Positions 1-10,597 of a stretch of DNA of 64,000 bases are shown here, piece after piece (position 1 is the stretch's first letter; every line of letters begins with the position of its first letter). Both the position numbers and the translations under genes were made by a program. Under the pieces are notes generated by a model. It saw only the letters and a list, made by a program, of their open reading frames with translations, ran no database searches and was not told where the DNA came from. Source of the stretch: an uncultured Acidimicrobiia bacterium (GTDB lineage: Bacteria; Actinomycetota; Acidimicrobiia; IMCC26256; PALSA-555); the NCBI GenBank assembly GCA_963720675.1, contig CAVRGH010000004.1:135531-199530 (forward strand), written 5' to 3'.

Positions 1-630
1 GACCGGAACGGTGAGAACCTGCCCGGCTACGCCTGGATCTTCCCGGTCGGCGACGGCACCATCAACGTGGGTGTGGGCCTGCTGTCCACGTTCTCGGGCT
101 GGAAGGACATCAACACGAGCCAGCTCATGGAGGCCTTCTGCGAGACCGCACCCTCTTATTGGGGCATCTCACCGGAGACCGCTTGCGGCGCCCCGACCGG
201 CGGGAAGCTGCCGACCGGACTCTCGGTCAAGCCGTCGTCGGGGCCCACGTGGCTCAGCGTCGGGGACGCCGCCGGGACGATCAACCCGTTCAACGGCGAG
301 GGGATCTCGGTCGCCTACGAGACCGGGCGCTTCGCGGCCGAGGCCCTCGACGAGGCGTTGCGCACCGGCGACGGGCTCGCACTGCGCGGGTACGACGCCC
401 GGCTCGAGGAGACCTACGCGCTCTACTTCAAGGTGGCGCGGGCGTTCGTGCGGGTGATCGGCAATCCGGCGGTCATGCGTGAGCTCACCCGGGTCGGCTT
501 CCAGAGCCGCACCTTGATGGAGTGGGTGCTGCGGATCATGGCGAACCTGCTCCGCCCCGACGAGCTCGGGCCCGCCGAGGTCGCCTACCAGATGGTCGCC
601 GCCATGGTCGCCGTCGCCCCCGAGCCCTGA
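1..630 (+). CDS. Geranylgeranyl reductase family FAD oxidoreductase (MenJ-like), 5'-truncated by the window
   Basis: Frame 1 is open from base 1 (PGYAWIFPVGDGTINVGVG ... VGDAAGTINPFNGEGISVAYETG), which are GGR family motifs; it lies upstream of nuo as in other actinobacteria. Confidence 0.85.
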   Translation, partial: DRNGENLPGYAWIFPVGDGTINVGVGLLSTFSGWKDINTSQLMEAFCETAPSYWGISPETACGAPTGGKLPTGLSVKPSSGPTWLSVGDAAGTINPFNGEGISVAYETGRFAAEALDEALRTGDGLALRGYDARLEETYALYFKVARAFVRVIGNPAVMRELTRVGFQSRTLMEWVLRIMANLLRPDELGPAEVAYQMVAAMVAVAPEP

Positions 631-655
631 GGCCACTCTTTCTGGTCGCGCTCGC

Positions 656-680
656 TCGGCGCCGGGGTACCCGGCGCCGA
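656..680. repeat. GC-rich hairpin with CCGGG-GTA-CCCGG core (terminator/REP-like)
   Basis: tcggcgccggg-gta-cccggcgccga, perfect 11-bp stem just after a stop codon; same core at 18584 and 31782. Confidence 0.55.
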
Positions 681-762
681 TCCTGCGGAGGCGCTCGGCT
701 GCTCCGATGCGCGCGAACGCACGGTCACGTCGGGGGGTGCTGCGAACGGCGAGACTGACGCC

Positions 763-2928
763 GTGAACGTCGCGGTGCGGAAGGCGTTGCGGGTCGCCAT
801 CGTCATGCCGGCGCTCTACGCGCTCATGCTCTACCTCGTCGACGACCCGTTCGCTGCCCTCTTCGCCGCGTTCGCCTGCTTCTCGCTCCTGGTCTTCGCG
901 GACTTCAGCGGCTCCCGCGCCGCCCGCGCGCGGGCGTACCTGATCGCCACCGCGGTCGGCGCGGTGCTGGTGGCCCTCGGGACCGCGCTCTCCGAGGAGT
1001 TCGTGCTCGCCGCGCTCGTGATGGTCGTCGTGGCGTTCGTGATCCGCTACCTCGGCGTGTTCGGCGGGGCCTGGGCCGCCGGTGCGAACGCCGTCATCCT
1101 GGCCTATGTGCTCGCGGCGACCGTGCCGGGCCCGTTGTCCGACGTCGGTCAGCGAGTGCTCGGGTGGACCATCGGTGGGATCACGGCGACGGCCGCGGCG
1201 ATCCTCCTGTGGCCGGTGTTCGAGCGCGACGTGCTGCGGATGCGCATCGCCGACGCCGTGCGCGCGACCGCGGCGCTGGTCCGCGCGTACTGGGAGGACG
1301 ACGGCGATCGGACCGCGGCGCACGATGCTGCAGTGGCCTCGGTCGTCGACATGCGTCAGGCATTGGACTCGACCACCCTCCGACCTTCAGGACCGGCGGT
1401 TCGCGACCGCGCGATGGTCGCGGTCGTCGAGGGCGTCGAGCGGCTCGTCTCGATCGTGGGGGAGGAGGCCACCGACGCGGCCGCGGGCATCGCCAGGAGC
1501 CTCGGCGACTGTCTCCGGCTCTGCGCCGTCACCGCGACGGTCCTCGACGACGCGGCCTCGATGCTCGAAGGCGGTGCCCCGATCCCCGACTACCTCGCCC
1601 TCGAGTCGGCGCGTGCCGATCAGCTGATGACGCTCGACACATGGACCGGTGAACGGCTGCAGGCGGGCGACGATCCCGAGGTGGTCGTGACCCACCTCGA
1701 GGCCGTGTTCTGGACCCGGATCACCTCGTACCTCGCGCTCGGAATCGCGGCCGACTCGGCGATCGCCCGCGGCGGGAGCGCCGCCCAGTCCAACCTGACC
1801 TCGGCACTGCACACCCCCGTGATGTCCTTCGGGAGCCTGCGCGAGCGCGTCACCTACCTGCTGCACGCGCACAGCCAGATCCGCTCGGCGCGCTTCGCGG
1901 ACGCGGCGCGCGCCGGCATCGGTCTCGGGATCGCGGTGGTCGTCGCCGGGCTCACAGGGGTCGACCACGGCTTCTGGGTCGTGCTCGGCACGCTCTCGGT
2001 CCTGCGCTCCAATGCGCTCGCGACCGGGCGGACCGCGTTCGAGGCCGTCGGTGGGACGTTGCTCGGGTTCGTCGTCATCACGCCGTGCGTGGTGCTGTTC
2101 GGCGACGACGCCAGGGTGCTGTGGGTCCTGCTGCCGATCACCGTGTTCCTCGCGGCATACGCGCCGACCGCGATCTCGTTCCTCATCGGTCAGGCGGGAT
2201 TCACCATGTTCGTCGTGGTGTTGTTCACGATCCTCGAGCCCGAGGGCGTGAGCACCGGTCTCGCGCGCGTGCAGGACATCGCGATCGGGGCGGCGCTCAG
2301 TGTGGTGGTCGGCGTGCTGCTGTGGCCGCGCGGCGCGAGGGGGATGGTGCGACGCGCCCTCGCTGATCAGTGCCGGACCGACGCAGCGTTCCTCGAACGC
2401 GCCATGCAGGGGATCGTGGGCGACGCAGTGAACACCGACGCGGCCCGGACGCGAGCGGTGGAGGCCGGCCTCCGCGCCGGGGAGGCGTTCGACCAGCTCA
2501 AGACCGAGCCGGGTGCTCACGCGGTGGACGAGGAGACGGTCGCTGACGTCGCAGTCAGTGCCCGGCGGGTTCGCGCGGTGGCGGAGCTCATGTGCAGCCA
2601 GGCCGACTTGGGCTTCGTCGTCGAGCAACCCGAGGCTCGCGAGGCGTTGCGGGAGGAGTGCCGCGTGCTCTCGCAGATCCTGCGCGGCGACGGCGACGCG
2701 ATCGCCGACGGGGGAACGGCACCGGTGGTGACCGAGGACCCGCCGGTCGGTGTCCGGAACGCGGCAGTCGACGCGCTCGTCGCGTGGGGCGGCGAGGGAC
2801 CGGGGCTCGCGGCGCTCGGATCGTTGTGGGCGTGGGAGTGGGTGCGCCTGGTCCACCTCGCGCTCGTCCGGGCCGAGCCCGGCGTGGAGGCGATCGCGGC
2901 CGCCATGGACGCTCCGTGGTGGCGCTGA
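763..2928 (+). CDS. FUSC-family (fusaric acid resistance/aromatic acid exporter-like) membrane protein
   Basis: Two hydrophobic blocks separated by a helical soluble region; HGFWVVLGTLSVLR, GTLLG and VLLWPRG motifs. Confidence 0.8.
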   Translation: MNVAVRKALRVAIVMPALYALMLYLVDDPFAALFAAFACFSLLVFADFSGSRAARARAYLIATAVGAVLVALGTALSEEFVLAALVMVVVAFVIRYLGVFGGAWAAGANAVILAYVLAATVPGPLSDVGQRVLGWTIGGITATAAAILLWPVFERDVLRMRIADAVRATAALVRAYWEDDGDRTAAHDAAVASVVDMRQALDSTTLRPSGPAVRDRAMVAVVEGVERLVSIVGEEATDAAAGIARSLGDCLRLCAVTATVLDDAASMLEGGAPIPDYLALESARADQLMTLDTWTGERLQAGDDPEVVVTHLEAVFWTRITSYLALGIAADSAIARGGSAAQSNLTSALHTPVMSFGSLRERVTYLLHAHSQIRSARFADAARAGIGLGIAVVVAGLTGVDHGFWVVLGTLSVLRSNALATGRTAFEAVGGTLLGFVVITPCVVLFGDDARVLWVLLPITVFLAAYAPTAISFLIGQAGFTMFVVVLFTILEPEGVSTGLARVQDIAIGAALSVVVGVLLWPRGARGMVRRALADQCRTDAAFLERAMQGIVGDAVNTDAARTRAVEAGLRAGEAFDQLKTEPGAHAVDEETVADVAVSARRVRAVAELMCSQADLGFVVEQPEAREALREECRVLSQILRGDGDAIADGGTAPVVTEDPPVGVRNAAVDALVAWGGEGPGLAALGSLWAWEWVRLVHLALVRAEPGVEAIAAAMDAPWWR

Positions 2929-3031
2929 CCGGGATCCCTTCCCGGCCCGCCTTGCCTTGCCTCTCCGGCGGGCGCCTCGGATAGCCTGCGCATCGCAGCC
3001 CATCGAGATGTGAGAGGCGAGAGGGGAGCTC

Positions 3032-3508
3032 GTGGAGCAGTACTTGCCGATCTTCTCGATGGTCGTGCTCGTGATCCTGTTCGCCGCCGTGTCGTTCGTC
3101 GCGTCCAGGCTGCTCGGTCCTCGTCGTCCGACGAACGCGAAGCAGGCACCGTACGAGTCGGGCATCGTGCCCGAGGTCGAGAACGTCGAGCGCTTCCCGG
3201 TGAAGTTCTACCTGGTGGCGATGGCGTTCATCATCCTCGACGTCGAGATCATCTTCCTCTACCCGTTCACCACGATCCTGAAGGACCTCGGTGCGTATGG
3301 GTTGATCACGATGGGCGTGTTCCTGATCGTGCTCCTGGTGCCGTTCGCGTACGTGCTCTCGACCGGTGCGGTGTCGTGGGGCCCGGTACGCCAGGTCGCC
3401 TCGCAGATGCCGGCACGCGTCCTGCACGCCGTGGGTCGCCCTGGCCGCGACGGCATGGACCCTGCGGCGCCACCCGCGGACCCGGACGCCGAGGAGCAGG
3501 TCGCCTAG
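3032..3508 (+). CDS. nuoA: NADH-quinone oxidoreductase subunit A (operon 1)
   Basis: [24 protein letters not shown] motifs. Confidence 0.95.
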   Translation: MEQYLPIFSMVVLVILFAAVSFVASRLLGPRRPTNAKQAPYESGIVPEVENVERFPVKFYLVAMAFIILDVEIIFLYPFTTILKDLGAYGLITMGVFLIVLLVPFAYVLSTGAVSWGPVRQVASQMPARVLHAVGRPGRDGMDPAAPPADPDAEEQVA

Positions 3509-3510
3509 CC

Positions 3511-4068
3511 ATGGGCATGGAGCAGATCCCCCACAACTTCCTCACCGGGCGGCTCGAGGACCTCGTGAAGTGGGCGCGTCGCAACTCGATGTGGCCCGCG
3601 ACGTTCGGTCTCGCGTGCTGCGCCATCGAGATGATGGCGACGGGCGCGGCGCACTACGACCAGGCCCGCTTCGGCATGGAGGTCTTCCGCGCGAGCCCGC
3701 GCCAGGCCGACCTCATGATCGTCGCCGGTCGGGTGAGCCAGAAGATGGCGCCGGTGCTCCGGCAGGTCTATGACCAGATGGTCGAGCCCAAGTGGGTCAT
3801 CTCGATGGGCGTGTGCGCCAGCAGTGGCGGCATGTTCAACAACTACGCGATCGTCCAGGGCGTCGACCAGATCGTTCCGGTCGACGTCTACGTGCCCGGC
3901 TGCCCGCCCGGCCCCGAGACCCTGCTGCACGGGATCCTCACGCTCCATGAGCAGGTGCGCTCCGGCGAGATCATGCGCCGGCGTGGCGAAGGGCACGGCG
4001 CCGGCATCCGGGTCGACCAGATCGACGGCACGCCGTCGCACGTCCAGCCCGTCAACACTCCCGCCTGA
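3511..4068 (+). CDS. nuoB: NADH-quinone oxidoreductase subunit B (operon 1)
   Basis: [23 protein letters not shown]; ATG at 3511 just after the nuoA stop. Confidence 0.96.
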   Translation: MGMEQIPHNFLTGRLEDLVKWARRNSMWPATFGLACCAIEMMATGAAHYDQARFGMEVFRASPRQADLMIVAGRVSQKMAPVLRQVYDQMVEPKWVISMGVCASSGGMFNNYAIVQGVDQIVPVDVYVPGCPPGPETLLHGILTLHEQVRSGEIMRRRGEGHGAGIRVDQIDGTPSHVQPVNTPA

Positions 4069-4104
4069 TCGCCCCACGGAACCGTTCCAGAGGATCACCG
4101 GACC

Positions 4105-4683
4105 ATGCCCGAAGCACCGCCGACCGACGACGAGGCTCGTGAAGAGATTCACAATTCCGAGCTCGCCCAGACTGCGGCGTCCGACGAGGTCGCGGCCGCA
4201 GTCCTCGACCGCTTCCCCGACTCCGTGTTCCACGACTCCCACGGTCAGCCGGTGGTCTACGTGGAGCGCAGCGCGTGGCACGACGTCGCGGCCTTCCTGC
4301 GTGACGAGCAGGAGTTCACGCAGTGCGTCGACGTCACTGTCGTCGACCACTCGCACGACGCCGCACGTCTGCAGATCGCGGGCGTCGCTCCGGAGCGCTT
4401 CGAGGTCGTGGCGAACTTCCTCTCGCACCCGCGTAACCGGCGGCTCCGCATGATCGCCGAGGTGCCCGAGTCGGAGACGACCGTGGCGAGCCTCACCGAC
4501 CTGTACCCCGGGGTCGACTTCGCCGAGCGCGAGGTCTACGACCTGCTCGGCGTGACCTTCGACGGCCACCCCGACCTCACGCGCATCCTCCTGCCCGACG
4601 ACTGGGAGGGGCACCCGCTGCGCAAGGACGACTACCCCGCGCGGGTGCCGGTCACCTTCAAGGAAGACCCAGGGCCCAGATGA
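4105..4683 (+). CDS. nuoC: NADH-quinone oxidoreductase subunit C (operon 1)
   Basis: EREVYDLLGVTFDGHPDLTRILLP..GHPLRKD. Confidence 0.95.
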   Translation: MPEAPPTDDEAREEIHNSELAQTAASDEVAAAVLDRFPDSVFHDSHGQPVVYVERSAWHDVAAFLRDEQEFTQCVDVTVVDHSHDAARLQIAGVAPERFEVVANFLSHPRNRRLRMIAEVPESETTVASLTDLYPGVDFAEREVYDLLGVTFDGHPDLTRILLPDDWEGHPLRKDDYPARVPVTFKEDPGPR

Positions 4684-4693
4684 GGGGACTGGG

Positions 4694-5998
4694 ATGAGTG
4701 AAGAGATCATCACGAGCGACCCGGACCAGAACCGGCTCGAGGCGCAGACCGACGAGGGCGCGCAGGTCCTGCGGCCGACGGGGGGTGCGAGCGAGCACGA
4801 GCTGGTGCTGACCGGTGGGCTGTGGCCCGACGAGGCCGAGACCACGATCATCAACATGGGTCCGCAGCACCCGTCGACCCACGGGGTGCTGCGGGTCATG
4901 CTCGAGCTCGACGGCGAGACGGTGCTGCGCGTGAAGCCCGTCATCGGGTACCTGCACACCGGCATGGAGAAGACGGCCGAGGAGCTCACCTACGTCCAGG
5001 GCGCGACCAACGTCACGCGCATGGACTACGTCTCTCCGCTCTCGAACGAGCTGGTGTGGTCGACCGCGGTCGAGCGGCTGCTCGACGTCGAGGTGCCGAC
5101 GCGCGCGGTGTGGATCCGGATGCTCCTCGTCGAGCTCAACCGCATGGCGTCGCACCTCCTCTTCCAGGCCACGAACGGCATGGACATCGGCGCGCTGTCG
5201 ATGATGATCTACGGCTGGCGCGAGCGAGAAGAGGTGCTTCGTCTGCTCGAGATGTTCACCGGGCTGCGGATGAACAACAACTTCATCCGACCCGGCGGAG
5301 TTGCTGCCGACCTCCCCGACGGGTGGGAGGCCGCGACGCTCGAGGTCTGCGACATCGTCGAGAAGGGTGTGCGCGAGTACTCCGAGCTGCTCACCCAGAA
5401 CCCGATCTGGATGGAGCGCCTCGTCGGCGTCGGGGTCATCACCACCGAGCAGGCGCTCGCGCTCAGCATCACCGGGCCGATCTTGCGCTCGACCGGCTTC
5501 CCGTGGGACCTCCGGAAGGCGCAGCCGTACCTGGCCTACGACGAGGTCGACTTCGACGTCGTCTACACGGAGAACGGTGACTGCTACGACCGTTTCCTGA
5601 TCCGGCTCAACGAGATCCACGAGTCGGTGAAGATCGTCCGGCAGTGCGTGGAGCGCATGCCCCGCGGCGACTACCGCCTCCAGGACGCAAAGATCACCCC
5701 GCCGCCGCGTGCGCGCATCGACGAGTCGATGGAAGCGCTGATCCACCACTTCAAGCTGTTCACCGAGGGCTTCAAGGTGCCGGCCGGCGAGACCTACTGC
5801 GCAGTCGAGTCGCCACGCGGTGAGATCGGCTGCTATCTCGTGTCGGATGGATCGGGAAAGCCGGCTCGGATGCACATCCGAGGCCCGTCGTTCTACAACC
5901 TGCAGTCGGCGGGGCCGATGACCGAGGGTTCGTTGATCGCCGACGCGGTCGCGATCATCTCGAGCGTCGACCCGATCCTCGGAGAGGTGGACCGGTAG
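4694..5998 (+). CDS. nuoD: NADH-quinone oxidoreductase subunit D (operon 1)
   Basis: NMGPQHPSTHGVLR, GYLHTGMEK, RMDY, ends GEVDR. Confidence 0.97.
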   Translation: MSEEIITSDPDQNRLEAQTDEGAQVLRPTGGASEHELVLTGGLWPDEAETTIINMGPQHPSTHGVLRVMLELDGETVLRVKPVIGYLHTGMEKTAEELTYVQGATNVTRMDYVSPLSNELVWSTAVERLLDVEVPTRAVWIRMLLVELNRMASHLLFQATNGMDIGALSMMIYGWREREEVLRLLEMFTGLRMNNNFIRPGGVAADLPDGWEAATLEVCDIVEKGVREYSELLTQNPIWMERLVGVGVITTEQALALSITGPILRSTGFPWDLRKAQPYLAYDEVDFDVVYTENGDCYDRFLIRLNEIHESVKIVRQCVERMPRGDYRLQDAKITPPPRARIDESMEALIHHFKLFTEGFKVPAGETYCAVESPRGEIGCYLVSDGSGKPARMHIRGPSFYNLQSAGPMTEGSLIADAVAIISSVDPILGEVDR

Positions 5999-6555
5999 TG
6001 GCGTTCACCGACGCGGATCGCCGACGGGCGAAGGACGTCATCGCCAGGTACCCGCACGCGCGGTCCGCGCTGCTGCCGCTGCTGCTGATGGCGCAGGACC
6101 GAGACGGATGGGTCACGCCCGAGGCGATGGAGGAGATCGCGTCGCTGCTCGACCTCACCCCGGCACTCGTGCTCGGGACGTGCTCCTTCTACACGATGCT
6201 CAAGCGCGAGCGAGTCGGAGAGCTCGTCGTGTCGGTGTGCACGAACGTGTCGTGCCTGGTGAACGGCGGACCGAACCTCCTCGACGGTCTGCGTGCGCAG
6301 TTCTCCGACGACGACGACGTCTTCGTCGAGGAGGTCGAGTGCCTCGCGGCATGTGACCTCGCGCCGGTGCTGCAGGTGAACTACGAGTACCACGGCAAGC
6401 TCACGACCGAGACGGCGGTCGACCTCATCGAGCAGTACAAGCGTGGCGAGCTCGTCGCCCGCACGGTGTCCGGCACGAACACGGGCAAGGCACCCGCGAA
6501 GTCCGCCTCGACCGGCTCTTCCACCGGCGCCTCGGCAGGCAGAGGAGTGTCCTGA
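5998..6555 (+). CDS. nuoE: NADH-quinone oxidoreductase subunit E
   Basis: 2Fe-2S ligands CTNVSC ... ECLAAC. Confidence 0.93.
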   Translation: MAFTDADRRRAKDVIARYPHARSALLPLLLMAQDRDGWVTPEAMEEIASLLDLTPALVLGTCSFYTMLKRERVGELVVSVCTNVSCLVNGGPNLLDGLRAQFSDDDDVFVEEVECLAACDLAPVLQVNYEYHGKLTTETAVDLIEQYKRGELVARTVSGTNTGKAPAKSASTGSSTGASAGRGVS

Positions 6556-7877
6556 TGGCCGTCGAAGAGACGCGCATCGTCACCAAGTTCCTGCGGACGC
6601 GCGAGAAGGACTCCTGGACCTTCGAGTCGGCGCGCAAGAACAACAAGGCGTACTCCGCGCTCGAGAAGGCGCTGAAGATGGACCCGGCCAAGATCGTCGA
6701 GGAGGTGCAGACCTCAGGCCTGCGGGGCCGCGGCGGCGCCGGGTTCGGCACCGGGCAGAAGTGGTCGTTCCTCCCGAAGGGCGTCTTTCCGCGCTATCTG
6801 GCGGTGAACGCCGACGAAGGCGAGCCTTCGACGTTCAAGGACCACATGCTCATCGAGCGCGACCCCCACCAGATCATCGAAGGCGCCGCGATCACCGCCT
6901 TCGCGATCCAGGCGCACCACGCGTTCATCTACATCCGGGGTGAGTTCGGGCTCGGCGCCGAGCGCCTCCAGCAGGCGGTCGACGACGCGTACGCCAACGG
7001 GTTCCTCGGCAAGGACATCCTCGGCTCGGGGTTCGACGTCGACCTCGTCGTGCACCGGGGCGCGGGCTGCTACATCGCGGGCGACGAGACCGGCCTGCTC
7101 TCGAGCCTCGAGGGCGAGCGCGCGATGCCTCGGATCAAGCCGCCGTTCCCCGCGGCCCAGGGCCTCTACGCCGCGCCGACCGTGGTGAACAACGTCGAGA
7201 CCATGTCGACCATCCCGCACATCATCCGGCGGGGTGGCAAGTGGTACTCGGGCCTCGGCGTCAACAAGTCGACGGGCACACGCATCTTCTCGGTCTCCGG
7301 GATGGTCGAGCGTCCGGGCAACTACGAGATCGAGCTGGGCATGACGTTCCGCGACCTCATCGAAGGACTCGCGGGTGGGGTGCGCGACGGCAAGCAGATG
7401 AAGTTCTTCATCCCGGGTGGCGCGTCGGCACCGTGGCTCATGCCCGAGCACCTCGACGAGCCACTCGACATGGACCGCGCGAGTGAGCTGCGGACGATGT
7501 TGGGGTCGGGCGCGATCATGGTGTTCGACGAGACGGTCGACCCGTTGCTCGTGTCGTGGCGGCTCGCGAAGTTCTTCGCACACGAGTCATGTGGCAAGTG
7601 CACACCCTGTCGCGAGGGATCCGGGTGGATCGACAAGATCCTCTACCGGATGTCGCACGGCCTCGGTCGCCCCGACGACCTCGACCTGTTGCTCGACTTC
7701 GGCAACAACATCGTTCCGGGGCTCAACGCACCGTTCGCGCAGACGACGATCTGCGCGCTCGGTCCTTCGACCATGAGCCATGTCGTGAGCCTCGAGCGCT
7801 GGTTCGGCGACGAGATCCGTGACCGCCTCAAGCGCGACTTCGACAAGCGCGCCGTCCTCCAGGTGGCAGCATCGTGA
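6555..7877 (+). CDS. nuoF: NADH-quinone oxidoreductase subunit F
   Basis: LRGRGGAGF, NADEGEP, HESCGKCTPCREG. Confidence 0.97.
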   Translation: MAVEETRIVTKFLRTREKDSWTFESARKNNKAYSALEKALKMDPAKIVEEVQTSGLRGRGGAGFGTGQKWSFLPKGVFPRYLAVNADEGEPSTFKDHMLIERDPHQIIEGAAITAFAIQAHHAFIYIRGEFGLGAERLQQAVDDAYANGFLGKDILGSGFDVDLVVHRGAGCYIAGDETGLLSSLEGERAMPRIKPPFPAAQGLYAAPTVVNNVETMSTIPHIIRRGGKWYSGLGVNKSTGTRIFSVSGMVERPGNYEIELGMTFRDLIEGLAGGVRDGKQMKFFIPGGASAPWLMPEHLDEPLDMDRASELRTMLGSGAIMVFDETVDPLLVSWRLAKFFAHESCGKCTPCREGSGWIDKILYRMSHGLGRPDDLDLLLDFGNNIVPGLNAPFAQTTICALGPSTMSHVVSLERWFGDEIRDRLKRDFDKRAVLQVAAS

Positions 7878-10597
7878 GCACCAACGCCGTCCCCATGAGC
7901 CAGTGGCCGTCGGATCACCGGTACACGATTCCGGTCGCCGGCGACCAGGACGTCGTCACGGTCACGATCGACGGCAAGGAGGTGCAGGCCCCGCGCGGCG
8001 AGCTGCTCATCAAGGTCGCGCAGGAGCACGGCACCTACATCCCGCGGTTCTGTTACCACGAGCGCATGAAGCCGGTCGGCATGTGCCGGATGTGCCTGGT
8101 CGAGGTCGAGGGCATGCGCGGCATGCAGATCAGCTGCGCGACACCGGTCGTCGAGGGCATGGTCGTCAACACCCAGTCCGAGGGCGTGAAGACCGCGCAG
8201 GACGGTGTGCTCGAGTTCCTGCTCATCAACCACCCGCTCGACTGCCCGGTCTGCGACCGCGGTGGCGAGTGTCCGCTGCAGGACCAGACGCTCGCGTTCG
8301 GGCCCGGCGAGTCGCGCTACGTCGAGGAGAAGCGGCACTTCGAGAAGCCGATCCCGATCAGCGACCTCGTGCTGCTCGACCGGGAGCGCTGCATCCAGTG
8401 CGGCCGTTGCACCCGGTTCGCGGCAGAGGTCGCCGGCGACCCGCTGATCGATTTCGGCGGCCGCGGCGACAGCACCGAGGTCATCACCTATCCCGACGAG
8501 CCGTTCACGTCGTACTTCTCCGGCAACGTCGTCCAGATCTGCCCGGTCGGCGCGCTCACCGCGCGGCCCTACCGGTTCAAGGCCCGCCCGTGGGACCTCG
8601 AGGCGATCGAGACCTCCTGCCAGACGTGCGCGGTCGGCTGCCGCGGGACGCTCGACTCGACGTCGAACCAGATCGTGCGGCTCCTCGGCGTCGACTCCGA
8701 GCCGGTGAACCAGGGCTGGCTGTGCGACAAGGGCCGGTACGGCTACGAGTGGGTGCACAACGAGACGCGCGTGCGTGCGCCGATGGTTCGGAAGGGCGGT
8801 CGGCTCGTCGAGAGCTCCTGGCCCGAGGCACTCGAGGCCGCAGCGACCGCGATCCGCCGCGTCCGCGACGAGTCCGGTGCCGGGGCGGTCGCGGTGCTCG
8901 GTGGTGCGCGCGGTACGAACGAGGACGCCTACGCCTGGGCCCGCCTGGCCAAGAGCGTCATCGGCACCGACCACGTCGACGCCCAGCTGGGTGACGGCCT
9001 ACCTGCTGACGTCGTGCTCGGGATGTCGCGCGCCACGATCGCCGACCTCGACCGCGCGAAGGCGATCGTCCTGCTCGGCGCAGACCTCAAGGAGGAGCTC
9101 CCGGTCCTCTCCCTGCGTGTGCGGCGAGCCGCCGTCGACCTCGGCGTCCCGCTCGTCGAGGTCGGCGCGCGCGAGACCGGGTTGACCCGGTACGCGACGA
9201 CCGTCCTCCAGCACCTTCCTGGCGCCAACGCAGACGTGGTCGCGAAGCTCGTGTCGGCACTCGGGGGCCGCAAGACCCGCACCAAGGCGATCGACGAGCT
9301 CGTCGACGCGCTCGCGGATCGCGAGGGTCCGATCGTCGTCGTGCTCGGGCGGCCGTCGGTGGCGGAGTCGGCCGACGCGACCGTGCACGCGGCGTCACTG
9401 CTCGCCGCAGCGGGACCCGACGTCCGCTTCCTCTCGGCCCTGCGCCGCGGCAACGTCCACGGGGCACTCGACCTCGGGCTCACGCCCGGGTTCCTGCCCG
9501 GACGCGTCACCCTCGACGCCGGCAGGGAGCACTTCACCGACGCGTGGGGGAGCGTGCCCGATGCCCCCGGTCTCGACGCCGCGGGCATCCTGCGTGCCGC
9601 CGCCGAGGGCTCGGTGAAGCTGCTCGTCCTGCTCGGTTGCGATCCACTCGCCGACTTCCCGGACCGCGCGCTCGCGGAAGCCGCGCTGTCGAAGGTCGAG
9701 CGCATCGTGTGCGTCGGCGCATTCCCCGACGACGGGGCGGCGCGCGCCGACGTCCTGCTCCCGCCCACCGTGTGGGGCGAGCAGCGCGGCACGATGTCCA
9801 ACCTCGAGGGTCGCGTCGAGCGCCTCGGCCGCAAGGTCACGCCCGAGGGCACGACCATGGAGCCGTGGCGCATCGCCGGGGAGCTCGCCGCGCGGCTGGG
9901 TGCAGACTTCGACCTCGAGCTCGTCGACGAGGTCCAGGACGAGATCGCGCGGCTGGCGCCGGCGTTTGCCGGGGTCGACGCCGCGCTCGTGCGTCGAGCG
10001 CGTGACGGGGTGGTTCTGCCGCTCGCCGATCACGTCGATGAGCTGACCTTCGGCGTCGGCCCGACCGGTCCCGGGCTGTCGTGGGAACCGATCCCGACGA
10101 CGGCGGAGGAGCCACTGCCCGAGGGCGCAGATCCTGCCGCGGGCCAGACACCGGTCCCGGCGGTCGTGGCGAGCCCGCCGACACCGGCGATCCCGCTCAC
10201 CGTGTGGTCCGGCGAGGCGCCGGCACCCGCCGGGGTCCCCGTCGACGCGTACAGTCTCCGCCTCGTGGCCGCGCGCACCCTGTACGGATCCGACCGGGTG
10301 GTCGCGGCCTCACCGTCGCTGGCGCGCCTCGCCCAGGACGGCGCTCGCCTCCTGGTGCATCCACGAGACCGCGACACGCTCGGCGTCGCCGAGGGTGAGG
10401 TCGTGCGCGTGACGACGTCGCACGGCACGGTCGAGCTGGCCGTCGAGGACGACACGCGGACCCAGCAGGGCACCGCGTTCGTCGCGAGCAACCGCACCGG
10501 TCCCGGCTCCGGCGACCTGGTCGACATCACCGCGCAGGTCACCGACCTCCGCGTCGAGACGCTCGCTCCAGGCGGCCCCGCGGGCGGTGGCTCATGA
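7874..10597 (+). CDS. nuoG: NADH-quinone oxidoreductase subunit G
   Basis: IPRFCYH..GMCRMCLVE, HPLDCPVCDRGGECPLQD, CIQCGRC, CQTCAVGC..LCDKG Fe-S motifs. Confidence 0.96.
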   Translation: MSTNAVPMSQWPSDHRYTIPVAGDQDVVTVTIDGKEVQAPRGELLIKVAQEHGTYIPRFCYHERMKPVGMCRMCLVEVEGMRGMQISCATPVVEGMVVNTQSEGVKTAQDGVLEFLLINHPLDCPVCDRGGECPLQDQTLAFGPGESRYVEEKRHFEKPIPISDLVLLDRERCIQCGRCTRFAAEVAGDPLIDFGGRGDSTEVITYPDEPFTSYFSGNVVQICPVGALTARPYRFKARPWDLEAIETSCQTCAVGCRGTLDSTSNQIVRLLGVDSEPVNQGWLCDKGRYGYEWVHNETRVRAPMVRKGGRLVESSWPEALEAAATAIRRVRDESGAGAVAVLGGARGTNEDAYAWARLAKSVIGTDHVDAQLGDGLPADVVLGMSRATIADLDRAKAIVLLGADLKEELPVLSLRVRRAAVDLGVPLVEVGARETGLTRYATTVLQHLPGANADVVAKLVSALGGRKTRTKAIDELVDALADREGPIVVVLGRPSVAESADATVHAASLLAAAGPDVRFLSALRRGNVHGALDLGLTPGFLPGRVTLDAGREHFTDAWGSVPDAPGLDAAGILRAAAEGSVKLLVLLGCDPLADFPDRALAEAALSKVERIVCVGAFPDDGAARADVLLPPTVWGEQRGTMSNLEGRVERLGRKVTPEGTTMEPWRIAGELAARLGADFDLELVDEVQDEIARLAPAFAGVDAALVRRARDGVVLPLADHVDELTFGVGPTGPGLSWEPIPTTAEEPLPEGADPAAGQTPVPAVVASPPTPAIPLTVWSGEAPAPAGVPVDAYSLRLVAARTLYGSDRVVAASPSLARLAQDGARLLVHPRDRDTLGVAEGEVVRVTTSHGTVELAVEDDTRTQQGTAFVASNRTGPGSGDLVDITAQVTDLRVETLAPGGPAGGGS

